Shown here in pieces: positions 1-10,795 of a stretch of 64,000 nt of DNA. A program made the translations under genes and the position numbers. The notes below the pieces were generated by a model, which was not told where the DNA came from, ran no database searches, and was given only the letters and a program-made list of their open reading frames with translations. Within the stretch, counting starts at the first letter, position 1. Every line of letters begins with the position of its first letter. The stretch is taken from assembly GCA_902578445.1 (NCBI GenBank), contig CACHDC010000002.1, forward strand, positions 3,157-67,156. Direction: 5' to 3'. The DNA is from an uncultured Synechococcaceae cyanobacterium. Lineage in GTDB: Bacteria; Cyanobacteriota; Cyanobacteriia; PCC-6307; Cyanobiaceae.

Positions 1-401
1 AGAAAATTAATAAATTCTGGCTGAATTATACGTCTTTTGTAATGTCTCTTTTTAAACCATGGATCAGGAAAATTAAAAGAAATACTTCTTAGATTTTTGA
101 TAAACAATTTACTTTGGGCATCATTCAAAATATTACTAGCATTGCCAAATACAAAATATAGATTCTTGATTTCTTTTTCAAGTACTTTTAATTTAGCGTT
201 TTTGACTAATTTCTCACGGATTTCAATTCCCAAATAATTCCATCTTGTATTAACTAAAGCTAAATCGAATAGAAACTCACCAGCAGCACAACCTATATCC
301 AAGTGAAGATTCAATGTAGAATCATCAAACATTTCACTCAAAGGAGGAATTCTCTCAATTTGATTGAAATTACTACTCAACGGATTAACATGCTGTCTCA
401 T
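1..401 (-). CDS. trmB: tRNA (guanine-N7)-methyltransferase, partial (runs off window start)
   Basis: Manual translation from ATG at 401: MRQHVNPLS...[13 protein letters not shown]...NYLGIEIR...[16 protein letters not shown], which are TrmB signature motifs. Not in the ORF track. Confidence 0.93.
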   Translation of the reverse strand, partial: MRQHVNPLSSNFNQIERIPPLSEMFDDSTLNLHLDIGCAAGEFLFDLALVNTRWNYLGIEIREKLVKNAKLKVLEKEIKNLYFVFGNASNILNDAQSKLFIKNLRSISFNFPDPWFKKRHYKRRIIQPEFINF

Positions 402-522
402 ATAATTATTAATATTTTCTAGGCAATAATATAAGAATGCATAATATTCATAACTATGACAATATTAAGTTCAAAAGTATCAGTTTGATGTTTAATTGTT
501 ATGTGTTTAAAAAGAAAAAGTT

Positions 523-1146
523 TTGAACGTTTTTAATCAACTTTCTATTTGGCTATCCTTTCATCTTTCAATAATTTTCCTTATTGGTATACCTATCACT
601 CTAACCTTTTGGTCGATTAAAAAAAGAAATAAAGCAGTTAATAAACTTTTATCGATTTATTGGAAAATATCCCTTTTATTTTTTATTAGCCTACTACTTT
701 TAATAGGTAATTATAATTATGCTCTTTTGGTATTAAATTTTTCAACTCTAATAATGACACTTTCAGTTTGGTTTTGGAACGATATTAATGATGAATTAAG
801 AGAATATGATTTTTCTTACTCCCTTGCCACAACGGCAAAAATATGGAGATGGACGCTAACTTTTATATCTCTCAATTTCTTAATTCAGAGTTTACAAAAC
901 TTCAATTGCTTTTCTTTTATTAATTCAGATGAATGTGCAATATGGCTACAGCCTTCTTCAAATTTATATATTGTTGTAAAAAATTTATTTAATTTTTTCT
1001 TTGGAGCTAACTTTACTCAGCCGATAGCAAAATTTTTAGGATTATTTTCATTTTTTATCTATATTTTAGGCCTTATTCAATGGTCAATAATCAAATTACC
1101 TAAAAATGGAAGAAACTCTTGCTTCTCCGAAAATGGCAGAAATTGA
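523..1146 (+). CDS. DUF3177 family membrane protein
   Basis: 207-aa hydrophobic ORF (TTG start) with YWKISLL and SVWFWNDINDEL motifs, as in the cyanobacterial DUF3177 family. Confidence 0.7.
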   Translation: MNVFNQLSIWLSFHLSIIFLIGIPITLTFWSIKKRNKAVNKLLSIYWKISLLFFISLLLLIGNYNYALLVLNFSTLIMTLSVWFWNDINDELREYDFSYSLATTAKIWRWTLTFISLNFLIQSLQNFNCFSFINSDECAIWLQPSSNLYIVVKNLFNFFFGANFTQPIAKFLGLFSFFIYILGLIQWSIIKLPKNGRNSCFSENGRN

Positions 1147-1440
1147 TGGAATAAACAACCCAAAAAAATAAGTTTCTATATACCCTAATAAGATACTTAA
1201 ACTAGAACGTTTAATTCTAAAAGAAAATCACAATGAAGATTAGAAATACTTATCTCCAAAGGTTTCATTAGCTCAAGAACTAATCAAATTGAAATAGATT
1301 AAAAAAAGAAAGTTATAGTATTTACTTATTTATTTAAACTTGATACTTTATAAAGCTCAATTAACATAAACCGAAGAAAATTCTATAAGAGAGAATCAAA
1401 ACTCAGTTTCCTTTTGAATAAAAAAATTAGATTTAAGTAA
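1133..1440 (+). pseudogene. Decayed remnant of a small conserved cyanobacterial protein (IFKGFSSS-motif family)
   Basis: ATG at 1133, then protein-like fragments in shifting frames: MAEIDGIN / PNKILKLERLILKENHNED / LEILISKGFISSRTNQIEID* / LYKAQLT*TEENSIRENQNSVSF*. Confidence 0.55.
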
Positions 1441-4339
1441 ATTCAAGATTAATAATATTTGAACATCTTTTGCATAATTTTGTATTTTGGATTCCATTAA
1501 AAGTTTCTTTTTGATAATGCCAACATCTATCACATTTTTGACCATGAGCTTTAAGTATTTGAATTTTTCCAAGTTCATTGTTATCGACAATCAGAGAATT
1601 CTCCACCAAATCGGATACCACTTGGAAATTTGACACTATAAGCCAATCCCTAAATAAATCTACATCTTTATTGCCAAATTCTTTTAGCCAAGTCAGTGAA
1701 TCTTTTACAAGTTTATCTTCAGGTAAATAATTTACTTCAGTTTCTAAAGCTGCTCCAATTATTTGTTTATTCCTGCATCCTTCTATAGCCTTATTAATTT
1801 CAACCCTCAAATTTCTTAAATTTGCAATGTGCTCATTAAGAATTTGATTTTTCCATGACTGTGAAAATATTGGCCATCCTCTCTGAAATACTGATTTTTC
1901 TTTAGTTGAATATGGAATATTTTGCCAAATATCTTCAGCCATATGACAAAGCACTGGAGAGATAAGTACGGCTAAATTCTCAACAACTTTTGACAAAACA
2001 AACTGGCATGATCTTCTCCTAAATTGTGTTTTAGAGCTTACATATAACCTATCCTTTGCAATATCCAAATAAAAGTTTGATAGATCTACAACGCAAAAAC
2101 TTTGTAAAATTTGAAAAAATTTTGAAAATTCATAATTTTCATAAGCATTTGATATTTGATCTGTAACCTCAACTAATCTGCCTAACATCCATTGATCTAA
2201 GAGAGGCAGTTGATCAATTTCAAAACTATCAATTTTAGGATCATAATCATGAATATTACCTAAAAGATATCTTGCAGTATTACGAACTTTTCTGTAAACA
2301 TCTGAAAGTTGCTTGAGTATATTTGAACCAATTGGAACATCTACCGAATAATCTACAGAGCTTACCCATAGCCTTAAAACATCTGCGCCATAAGCAGGTT
2401 CAGTTTTTTTATTATTACCTCCATTAATAATTATATTTGGATCAACAACATTACCTAAAGATTTGCTCATTTTTCTTCCATTTTCATCAAGTGCAAAACC
2501 GTGAGTTAAAACTTTCTTATATGGAGGTTGATTATTGACTGCAACAGATGTTAACAATGAAGACTGGAACCATCCTCGATGTTGATCTGATCCCTCTAAG
2601 TAAAGATCGGCTGGATACTTTAATTCACTTCTTTGTTCACATACTGCGGCCCAGCTAGATCCTGAATCGAACCAGACATCCATTGTATCTGTTCCTTTTC
2701 TCCATAGATCCGATTCTTTTGCATAATTTTCTGGCAATAGATTCTTAACATCCCAATCCCACCAAATATCTGCTCCATGTTCACTAAAAAGTTCTTGAAT
2801 ATGATTAATTATTTCGTTGTTAAGGAGAATTTCATTACCATTTTTTTTATAAAAAACTGGAATCGGGACTCCCCATGACCTTTGTCTAGAAATACACCAA
2901 TCTCCTCTACCAACAACCATAGAATAAATTCTTTTCTTTCCAGTTGCTGGCATCCATTCAACATCTTCGATTGCCTTTAATGCAGATGATCTAAAACCAT
3001 TTACAGATGCAAACCATTGTTCTGTTGCTCTAAAAATAGTGGGTTTTTTGGTCCTCCAATCATATGGATATCTATGCTTATAGTTTTCTTTTAATACAAG
3101 CAAATTATTTACCTTTAAATATTCAATAATCAAATCATTTGCGTCTTTCAGGACATTTGACCCTTTGAATTGACCAGAATATTCATTTAAGTTACCTTTT
3201 TCATCAACAACACATGTTATTGGTAAATCATATTTTTGACCCACATTAAAATCATCTATCCCATGACCAGGCGCAGTATGAACAATTCCAGTACCTGATT
3301 CTGTAGTAATGTAGTCTCCTCCAATTACAATTCTGCAATTTTTATTCTTAGAGGGATGTTTGTATTCAATATTTTCCAATGAAGAGCCCTTAATCTCTAA
3401 AAGCACCTTGAAATCTTTATTAAATTTTTTACTTATTTCAGAAGATAAATCTTTTGCATAAAGGAAAATTTGTTTCTCTTCATCGATAGCAAACACGTAC
3501 TTTATTTTTGGATTCACTGCGACTGCTTCATTTGCAGGTATTGTCCAAGGAGTAGTTGTCCAAATAGTTATGAAAGAATTATTTTGAAAAAAATCTTTTT
3601 TGATATTAAGGTTTTCTTTGCAGAAATCCAATAGGATTTCCTCAGGTATTTTAGTGATTTTTAAAGAAACATAAATACTTTTTGAATAATGTTCATCAGG
3701 ATATTCTAATTCTGCTTCAGCAAGTGCAGTCCTCGAACTTGGACTCCAATGAACAGGTTTAAGACCTCGATATATATAGCCATTTAAAAACATTTTCCCA
3801 AATACTCCAATCTGAGCAGCTTCATAACTTTTCTTAAGAGTTAGGTAGGGGTTATCCCAATCTCCCCATATTCCCCATCTTTTGAAACCTTTCATTTGAT
3901 TGTTAATCTGGATATGGGCGTAATTTGTTGCTTTTTTTCTTAAATTAAGAGCATCAAGATTCTTTCTTTCATCAGATTTTAAATTCTGAAGAACTTTTAA
4001 TTCGATAGGTAAACCATGGCAATCCCAGCCAGGCACGTAATGTACCCTAAATCCTCTTAAAGTTTTATATTTATTTATTATGTCTTTTAAAACTTTGTTA
4101 AGGGCATGACCCATATGAAGAGCTCCATTTGCATAAGGAGGACCATCATGTAATGTAAATATTTCGCCTGAGTTGCTTGAACCTAATTTGAAATCAATAT
4201 TATTGTTAGCCCAAAAATTCTGAATCTCAGGTTCTCTTGCGACTGAATTAGCACGCATTGAGAAGTCAGTTTTAAGTAAATTTAAAGTTTCTTTATAAGA
4301 AAAGTCTGATTTTTGTTCTTTGTTATTTTGAGATTTCAT
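1433..4339 (-). CDS. ileS: Isoleucine--tRNA ligase
   Basis: [20 protein letters not shown] and KMSKS motifs; C-terminal CDRC...CKRC zinc finger. Confidence 0.98.
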   Translation of the reverse strand: MKSQNNKEQKSDFSYKETLNLLKTDFSMRANSVAREPEIQNFWANNNIDFKLGSSNSGEIFTLHDGPPYANGALHMGHALNKVLKDIINKYKTLRGFRVHYVPGWDCHGLPIELKVLQNLKSDERKNLDALNLRKKATNYAHIQINNQMKGFKRWGIWGDWDNPYLTLKKSYEAAQIGVFGKMFLNGYIYRGLKPVHWSPSSRTALAEAELEYPDEHYSKSIYVSLKITKIPEEILLDFCKENLNIKKDFFQNNSFITIWTTTPWTIPANEAVAVNPKIKYVFAIDEEKQIFLYAKDLSSEISKKFNKDFKVLLEIKGSSLENIEYKHPSKNKNCRIVIGGDYITTESGTGIVHTAPGHGIDDFNVGQKYDLPITCVVDEKGNLNEYSGQFKGSNVLKDANDLIIEYLKVNNLLVLKENYKHRYPYDWRTKKPTIFRATEQWFASVNGFRSSALKAIEDVEWMPATGKKRIYSMVVGRGDWCISRQRSWGVPIPVFYKKNGNEILLNNEIINHIQELFSEHGADIWWDWDVKNLLPENYAKESDLWRKGTDTMDVWFDSGSSWAAVCEQRSELKYPADLYLEGSDQHRGWFQSSLLTSVAVNNQPPYKKVLTHGFALDENGRKMSKSLGNVVDPNIIINGGNNKKTEPAYGADVLRLWVSSVDYSVDVPIGSNILKQLSDVYRKVRNTARYLLGNIHDYDPKIDSFEIDQLPLLDQWMLGRLVEVTDQISNAYENYEFSKFFQILQSFCVVDLSNFYLDIAKDRLYVSSKTQFRRRSCQFVLSKVVENLAVLISPVLCHMAEDIWQNIPYSTKEKSVFQRGWPIFSQSWKNQILNEHIANLRNLRVEINKAIEGCRNKQIIGAALETEVNYLPEDKLVKDSLTWLKEFGNKDVDLFRDWLIVSNFQVVSDLVENSLIVDNNELGKIQILKAHGQKCDRCWHYQKETFNGIQNTKLCKRCSNIINLEFT

Positions 4340-4450
4340 ACCACGAAATAAGAAATATTGGTGATCAAAAGAATTATTTATATAAATCTAATTCATTATA
4401 TTCTTTCTTAATTGACCTGTAGTTTTTTTGAGATGTTTAAAATAATCAAT

Positions 4451-4909
4451 TTATTTGATTTCAGATTTCATATTATCATTTTTGTTATTTCTTACCCACT
4501 TTTTTTGGGTTGTATTTTTATTATTGCTACCAAAATTTAAAAAATTTGAAGGTTGCGTAAAATTTTCAAATCCCAGATTAATAGCTTCTAATATTTTCGA
4601 AAAGTTATTTTTAAATTCCAAAAAAGTAGTTAATTTTTTCTTTTCGTTATCTGTCAATTGATACCATCTTGATAAAAAAAGTTCTACTACATAAAAAATA
4701 ATGAGTACTGTTAAGAAGATTAATATTACAAAAAAAGATACATCTATTGTTTTATTTTTTATTATTAATACCAAACCAATTAATAAATTAAAAAAAGCTT
4801 TTATTAAATCTTTTGGTTTGCCGAGCTCAAGATAAATTATCGGTACAAATAAAAAAATGGTTCCAATTATGATATAAAAAATTCCTAAATAAAATATCAA
4901 ACTATCCAT
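4451..4909 (-). CDS. Ycf66 family membrane protein
   Basis: N-terminal transmembrane helices with ELGKPKD and a downstream RWYQLT segment; position next to ileS and tRNA-Leu as recalled for picocyanobacteria. Confidence 0.65.
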   Translation of the reverse strand: MDSLIFYLGIFYIIIGTIFLFVPIIYLELGKPKDLIKAFFNLLIGLVLIIKNKTIDVSFFVILIFLTVLIIFYVVELFLSRWYQLTDNEKKKLTTFLEFKNNFSKILEAINLGFENFTQPSNFLNFGSNNKNTTQKKWVRNNKNDNMKSEIK

Positions 4910-4982
4910 TAAATTTACAACTTAGTCAAATTATAAGTAGTTAATATAAATAAACAAACTTTCTTTTTGAACTTTCTTTAAG

Positions 4983-5064
4983 TGCGGTCGGGGAGACTTG
5001 AACTCCCACACCCGAAGATACGAGTACCTAAAACTCGCGCGTCTACCAATTCCGCCACGACCGC
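4983..5064 (-). tRNA. trnL: tRNA-Leu(TAG), long variable arm, CCA not encoded
   Basis: Reverse complement GCGGTCGTGGCGGAATTGGTAGACGCGCGAGTTTTAGGTACTCGTATCTTCGGGTGTGGGAGTTCAAGTCTCCCCGACCGCA shows acceptor stem, D loop, TAG anticodon and GTTCAA T loop. Confidence 0.95.
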
Positions 5065-5229
5065 TCAAATTAAATAATAATTGAAAGAGGTTTATTTGAA
5101 AAATTTTTTTTCTTAAGATGCTTAATTTGACACATTAAACTAAATTAAATATCTCTTATAAATAATTTTTTATATTTGAGCATGCAATCAACTTAAAATA
5201 TTAGTTATATTATTTAAAGAATATAAGAA

Positions 5230-6252
5230 ACGATTTCTAACTTAACCAGTAAAAATACAACGAAAATTACTAATTCTTCGAAAACATTTAATTGGCAAAA
5301 AGAGATTAAAAATTACGTAGATCCGCCAAGTTTTTGGAATCCAACATTAGGTTTATTTTTTGCTGGTTATTTTCTCGCTTTTCTTAGCATATGGCAATGG
5401 TATAGAGGTGTTTGGCCTTTACCTTTACTTGTAGCCACTGCTTTTTTAGCTTTACACATAGAAGGTACTGTAATCCATGATGCTTGTCACAAAGCTGCTC
5501 ATCCAGTCCCATGGATAAATCAAGTAATGGGTCATGGCTCAGCAATTCTATTAGGATTTAGCTTCCCAGTGTTTACTAGAGTTCATTTACAACATCATAT
5601 CCACGTAAATCACCCAAAAAATGATCCAGATCATATTGTCAGTACTTTTGGTCCAATTTGGCTAATTGCTCCAAGATTTTTTTATCATGAGGTATTTTTC
5701 TTTCAAAGAAAACTTTGGCGAAGATATGAATTACTACAATGGGGAATTGAAAGATCTATATTCATTACAATTATTCTGGCAGGTTTAAAATTTGACTTTA
5801 TGAATTTAATCTACAACCTATGGTTTGGCCCTGCATTAATGGTAGGAGTCACTTTAGGAATATTTTTTGATTATTTACCTCATAGACCTTTTAGATCAAG
5901 AAATAAATGGATTAACTCTCGAGTTTACCCAAGCAAGTTTATGAATTTATTAATAATGGGTCAAAATTACCATCTCATTCATCATCTTTGGCCTTCGATT
6001 CCTTGGTTTGAATACAAAATAGCCTATGAAAAAACTAAGCCATTATTGGATAAAAAAGGATCCCCTCAGAGGGTTGGGATATTTGAAAGTAAAGAAGACG
6101 TTTTTAACTTTATTTATGATTTATTAATAGGTGTAAGGAGTCATAGAAAAAAGAGGGGCAAAATAAGAAAAATCATAAATTTATATCCAGGCTATAAAAC
6201 AAAAAAATTTTTATTAAAGATAGTTAATAAGACATTTATAGGGAGCAGTTAA
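5230..6252 (+). CDS. crtR: Beta-carotene hydroxylase (fatty-acid desaturase superfamily); start uncertain, probably non-canonical
   Basis: His boxes HDACH (upstream of the ORF-track start at 5527), HLQHH and HLIHH; DYLPHRPF motif. Frame is open from 5227 with no ATG/GTG/TTG until 5527. Confidence 0.88.
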   Translation, partial: TISNLTSKNTTKITNSSKTFNWQKEIKNYVDPPSFWNPTLGLFFAGYFLAFLSIWQWYRGVWPLPLLVATAFLALHIEGTVIHDACHKAAHPVPWINQVMGHGSAILLGFSFPVFTRVHLQHHIHVNHPKNDPDHIVSTFGPIWLIAPRFFYHEVFFFQRKLWRRYELLQWGIERSIFITIILAGLKFDFMNLIYNLWFGPALMVGVTLGIFFDYLPHRPFRSRNKWINSRVYPSKFMNLLIMGQNYHLIHHLWPSIPWFEYKIAYEKTKPLLDKKGSPQRVGIFESKEDVFNFIYDLLIGVRSHRKKRGKIRKIINLYPGYKTKKFLLKIVNKTFIGSS

Positions 6253-6253
6253 C

Positions 6254-6547
6254 TTATTCATTAATAATTTTTGGGACTTTAAAATATTTATCTTCTTTCG
6301 ATGGGCCCAATTCTAAAAGTTCTTCATTGCAATCAGACTTTTTCTTTTCGTCTTTTCTGAATACATTTATAACCTCTATTGCTCTTGTTGTACAGGGGAT
6401 ATCATCTGTATCGATTTTTTCAAGTTGTCTTATATAGTCCAATATCTTTTCTAATTGTTCTGCATGATTATTAATTTCATTTTCGTTAAGTTCTAATCTC
6501 GCTAGATGAGCAACTTTTTCTACTTCCTCTTTAGTTATTTTTGTCAT
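6254..6547 (-). CDS. gatC: Asp/Glu-tRNA amidotransferase subunit C
   Basis: ITKEEVEKVAHLARLEL N-terminus and YFKVPKI C-terminus. Confidence 0.96.
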   Translation of the reverse strand: MTKITKEEVEKVAHLARLELNENEINNHAEQLEKILDYIRQLEKIDTDDIPCTTRAIEVINVFRKDEKKKSDCNEELLELGPSKEDKYFKVPKIINE

Positions 6548-6716
6548 AGATTGAATATCTCTTTATTTAATAATAGTTTATAAAGAACATATTGTTTTAT
6601 ATATCCTTTAAATTTTAAATAATAAAAAAATAATCATATCTTTTTGAAAATCAAAATTAATTAATAGCCTTAATTATTTTTCTAGGCTTAATATAATATT
6701 AGATACATATTGAAAA

Positions 6717-7298
6717 ATAGAAGAATTATTTCCAAAAAATTTTTTTTATCGGCACTCTAAACATGTTGCCCCTGACTTAATAGGCTGTCACCTTATTAAA
6801 AAAAATAACGAGATAGATCAAGTAAAGGGGCTTATTGTTGAAACTGAAGCTTATTCACAGGAAGAAGAGGCCTGTCATGGCTACCGCAAAATGACTGAAT
6901 CAAATAAATCGTTATTTGGCAAACCTGGAACATTCTATATTTACAAATCTTATGGCATTCATCATTGTTTAAACATAGTTACTGATAAAGAAAATTTTGC
7001 GAGTGGTGTATTAATAAGATCTGTTTTTATCTCTAAAAAGAATGAGAGATTAGCATCTGGACCTGGATTGGTTAGTAAGACATTCAGTGTAGACATTTCA
7101 TTTAACTCACTTGAAGTTCTTAATAACAAATCTTTATGGATTTCTCCAAGAGACTACACTCTAAAAGGAACAGATCTTATTCAAACTACAAGAATTGGCA
7201 TATCAAAGGCAAAAAATATAAAATGGCGTTGGTATCTCAAAAATAGTAGGAGTGTAAGTAAAAGATTAAAAGGTGACAGAACTCCTAAATTTCAATGA
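6717..7298 (+). CDS. mpg: DNA-3-methyladenine glycosylase (MPG/AAG family); start uncertain
   Basis: In-frame upstream extension FFYRHSKHVAPDLIG...GLIVETEAY...ACHG joins the ORF-track part containing YGIHHCLN, GVLIR, SGPG and TRIGIS. Confidence 0.88.
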   Translation: MEELFPKNFFYRHSKHVAPDLIGCHLIKKNNEIDQVKGLIVETEAYSQEEEACHGYRKMTESNKSLFGKPGTFYIYKSYGIHHCLNIVTDKENFASGVLIRSVFISKKNERLASGPGLVSKTFSVDISFNSLEVLNNKSLWISPRDYTLKGTDLIQTTRIGISKAKNIKWRWYLKNSRSVSKRLKGDRTPKFQ

Positions 7299-7319
7299 TC
7301 ATTTATCTTTCTAAGCGTA

Positions 7320-8336
7320 ATGCAAAATTGGCCTCATAAACATATCCACACATTAGCTAATTTTTCAATTAAAGATTATGAGACAGTATTTGAATTAGCT
7401 AATAGATTTGATGCACTAAAGAATGCAGGAACTAAAAAGATACCGGCCTTACAAGGGACTTTGGTAACGTCTTTATTTTTTGAAGCTAGTACAAGAACAA
7501 AAAATAGTTTTGAGCTTGCAGCAAAAAGGCTTTCTGCTGATGTCCAAACTTTTGCACCATCCTCTAGTTCTTTAACAAAAGGCGAAACAATAATTGATAC
7601 AGCCATAACTTATTCTGCTATGGGGGCGGATACATTAGTTATTAGACATTCTTCAAGTTACATAACCTTTGAGATAGCTAAAAAACTTGATGCAATAAAT
7701 TCCAAGACTTCTGTTCTTAATGCTGGAGATGGAATACATAGTCACCCTAGCCAAGGATTGCTTGACATATATACATTAATAAAATTCTTTTCCAAAGAAA
7801 CACTGAATCCAAAGGTTTTAAATTCCAAAAGAATTTTAATAGTGGGTGACGTTAATCATTCAAGGGTTGCCAGATCAAATCTATGGGCATTGAGTGCATT
7901 CGGCGCAGACATAATACTATGTGGTCCTAAAAAATTAATACCTGATGAATTTATCAATTTTTTAAAAACCGCCGCAACAAATCAAATAGAAGATCCTCTT
8001 AAATCAAGAGGTTCCATAACAATCTCTAGATCATTGGAAGAATCAATAAAAATTGCAGATGCGATTATTGTTTTAAGACTCCAGAAAGAGAGAATGATGG
8101 AGAATTTACTAAGTAGCATTGATTCATATAGTTCGGATTATGGCTTAACCCCAGAGAAATTATCTTTGAATAATAACGAAATTCCAATACTCCATCCTGG
8201 TCCCATTAACAGAGATCTTGAAATCAGTAGTAAAGTAGTCGATCAATATCCTAATTGCTTAATTAATAACCAAGTGGCAAATGGCATACCCATAAGAATG
8301 GCTTTGCTTTATCTATTACAGAAATACCACAAATAA
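7320..8336 (+). CDS. pyrB: Aspartate carbamoyltransferase catalytic subunit
   Basis: [22 protein letters not shown] and HPGP motifs. Confidence 0.97.
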   Translation: MQNWPHKHIHTLANFSIKDYETVFELANRFDALKNAGTKKIPALQGTLVTSLFFEASTRTKNSFELAAKRLSADVQTFAPSSSSLTKGETIIDTAITYSAMGADTLVIRHSSSYITFEIAKKLDAINSKTSVLNAGDGIHSHPSQGLLDIYTLIKFFSKETLNPKVLNSKRILIVGDVNHSRVARSNLWALSAFGADIILCGPKKLIPDEFINFLKTAATNQIEDPLKSRGSITISRSLEESIKIADAIIVLRLQKERMMENLLSSIDSYSSDYGLTPEKLSLNNNEIPILHPGPINRDLEISSKVVDQYPNCLINNQVANGIPIRMALLYLLQKYHK

Positions 8337-8338
8337 AT

Positions 8339-8680
8339 TTATAGCAACTTAAGACTCTCAGTAAAGAAACCATAAAATAACCCTAATCTTAAAGAATCTA
8401 ATAAAAGCAATAAAAATTTCTTTTTACTTTTAAATCTAAAATTTCTTCTTAGAACTATTAAAATCTCGATAAAAACTACTGATAAGAAAGCAGCTACAGG
8501 ATCCATGATTTCCACCACTGCACTTACCATGCCAAGAGAGCTTCCAAAAAAGTAACCAATTAAAAGTGTGATTAATGATATTGAATATCTTCGCCATGGA
8601 TTAATTGCCCAAATACTTAATAACTGAATATTTTCCACAATTTTTAGTTGAAATTTTGTCTTTTGAGGTTTAACAACCAT
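8339..8680 (-). CDS. DUF565/Ycf20-like membrane protein
   Basis: NPWRRYS start of the domain and C-terminal GLFYGFFTESLKL, typical of DUF565. Confidence 0.75.
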   Translation of the reverse strand: MVVKPQKTKFQLKIVENIQLLSIWAINPWRRYSISLITLLIGYFFGSSLGMVSAVVEIMDPVAAFLSVVFIEILIVLRRNFRFKSKKKFLLLLLDSLRLGLFYGFFTESLKLL

Positions 8681-8691
8681 TTTGCATTAAA

Positions 8692-8892
8692 CTAAGCCGC
8701 TTCAGAGTTTGATTGAATTTTAGTATTTCCTTCTACTAATTCAAGTAATGCTTCAAACTGAGCCATTAATCCTCTTAATTCGCTTGGTTCAGGAAAAAGG
8801 TCATCTTCTTTTATTCCTAAATGCATTTCTCTGAGTTCTTGTCTTAAATAGCGTATGTGACTAATGACTTGCTCTCTTTTAGTTTGTGACAT
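8692..8892 (-). CDS. Conserved hypothetical helical protein (66 aa)
   Basis: Clean ATG-started ORF with protein-like composition, 11 nt upstream of the DUF565 gene. Confidence 0.75.
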   Translation of the reverse strand: MSQTKREQVISHIRYLRQELREMHLGIKEDDLFPEPSELRGLMAQFEALLELVEGNTKIQSNSEAA

Positions 8893-9112
8893 GATATAAA
8901 TTTTGAAAATTTTATTTTAAGAGAGAATATTTTTGAAAAGGAGAGTTTGCATATTTATGACTGAGAATGAAGACAAATGACTTTTAAACAATTTGAAAAG
9001 GTTAAAAATATTTAGAATTTTCTTATCCTTGAAAAATATGTACTTAATATTTTTACCAATTTTAAAAAATTACTTGAGGCTTTATTATTAGAATATATTG
9101 GCTTTACTCAAT

Positions 9113-9334
9113 ATGAAATTGATTTCTGAAAATAAAATAAGTGAGGGACTAATAAATTCTTTTAATGAAGAAATGACCCTTGAGCTCGCTAAAAGGCTAG
9201 AGGAAGATAACTACAATACCCCATTTGAGGGCTTAAATGACTGGCACTTACTTAGAGCTCTTGCAATCAACAGGCCTGAATTAACAACTAATTATATCCA
9301 TCTCCTCGATCAGGAACCTTTCGATGAAAACTAA
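9113..9334 (+). CDS. DUF2555 family protein
   Basis: LAKRLEEDNYNTPFEGLNDWHLLRALA motif; overlaps the coaBC start. ATG at 9113 preferred to TTG at 9098. Confidence 0.78.
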   Translation: MKLISENKISEGLINSFNEEMTLELAKRLEEDNYNTPFEGLNDWHLLRALAINRPELTTNYIHLLDQEPFDEN

Positions 9335-10580
9335 AAGTACGGACTCTAAATTAAAGGTTCTTTTATTAATAACGGGGAGCATTGCAGCTGTAAGAATTCC
9401 ATTATTAGTTAGCCAATTAGCCCAAGAAAATTATGAAATAAAATGCGTTTTATCTCAAAATGCAGAAAAATTAATACAGCCACTCTCTCTTTCTATCTTG
9501 AGTAGAAACCCTTGTATTCTAGAAAATAGTCAATGGTCAAATAGTCAATCAACACCTCTTCACATAGAACTAAGCAATTGGGCTGATATTTTAATCATTG
9601 CTCCTTTAACAGCGACAACACTAGCAAAATGGGTGACTGGAAATGCAGAGGGACTAATTCCAAGTATCTTAATAGCAAATATAAAGCCTATTATTGTTGC
9701 ACCAGCAATGAATACACAAATGTGGCTAAACAAAGCTGTCCAAAAAAATTATGAGAATTTACAGAATTACGACAATGTTTTGTCTTTGCAACCAAGTGAA
9801 GGTCTCTTAGCATGTGATGCTATTGGCATCGGGAAGATACCTCCAAATGATCTAATCCAATTAGCACTTGAATTTATAGCTTCACACAAACAAAATGAAT
9901 ATCGAAAAGATTTACTTAATAAAGAAATTTTAATAACTGGAGGATGTACCTCAGAGAAAATTGACGCGGCAAGACACATTACAAACAAAAGTTCTGGAGC
10001 TATGGGCCTACTTCTTTCTCAAGTAGCGAGGTTCAGAGGAGCAGAAGTAAAATATATTCATGGGCCTCTAAAAATCGATAAGAATCTTACTGATGGAATA
10101 AAAAGATATGAGATTGACACTAGTGTTGATTTAATAAAGGCACTTAATAATGAAATATCAAATTGTGATTATTTTTTTATGAATGCAGCAGTATCTGATT
10201 TCAAGATAACCTCTGATACTTCAGCTAAAATACCAAAAAATCAAATTAATGCTCATTTGAATCAAAACTTTGAGCTAGTACCAGATATTTTAAAAACAAT
10301 TAGTAAATCAAAAAAAGATAACCAAGTTTTTGTAGGCTTTTGTGCTTTTACAGGATCTATCGAAGAAGCACGAGTGACAATTAAAGAAAAGATTATCCAA
10401 AAGGGTTGTGATTATCTATTCGCAAATCCAATTGATCTTGAAGGACAAGGATTTGGCTTTTTGGCAAAAAATGAAGGTTGGCTATTCGATACTAACGATA
10501 TGGAACACTACATTAAAAAAACATCAAAAATTGATTTAGCAAATAAATTAATAACCCAAATTATTTCATTAAAAAAATAA
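9324..10580 (+). CDS. coaBC: Bifunctional phosphopantothenoylcysteine decarboxylase/synthase
   Basis: TGSIAA, APAMNTQMW, LACDAIGIGK, NKSSGAMG and AAVSDF motifs. Confidence 0.95.
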   Translation: MKTKSTDSKLKVLLLITGSIAAVRIPLLVSQLAQENYEIKCVLSQNAEKLIQPLSLSILSRNPCILENSQWSNSQSTPLHIELSNWADILIIAPLTATTLAKWVTGNAEGLIPSILIANIKPIIVAPAMNTQMWLNKAVQKNYENLQNYDNVLSLQPSEGLLACDAIGIGKIPPNDLIQLALEFIASHKQNEYRKDLLNKEILITGGCTSEKIDAARHITNKSSGAMGLLLSQVARFRGAEVKYIHGPLKIDKNLTDGIKRYEIDTSVDLIKALNNEISNCDYFFMNAAVSDFKITSDTSAKIPKNQINAHLNQNFELVPDILKTISKSKKDNQVFVGFCAFTGSIEEARVTIKEKIIQKGCDYLFANPIDLEGQGFGFLAKNEGWLFDTNDMEHYIKKTSKIDLANKLITQIISLKK

Positions 10581-10795
10581 AAAAAATTTTTAATTTGTAT
10601 TTTTTTGTAATCTTAATCATTAAAAATAATGTGATAGCTTAAAATAATTCCAGTTTTTTAAAATCTAAAAAGCTACGGGTTGTTTCGAGGATTTAATAGT
10701 CCTATCTTTTATGGTCCTTTCCCTTGTAATATCCGTACTGAACTTATTAGATGACCTTTAATCTATCGTCACAGAACTTTACTGCAACTTTAATT

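Noticed and set aside
4910-5226. tRNA-Leu as a possible island or prophage integration site
   Set aside because: No integrase, no duplicated tRNA 3' end seen, and both flanks are core genes.
10726-10738. GTA-N7-TAC upstream of psbO
   Set aside because: The spacer is one base short for NtcA.
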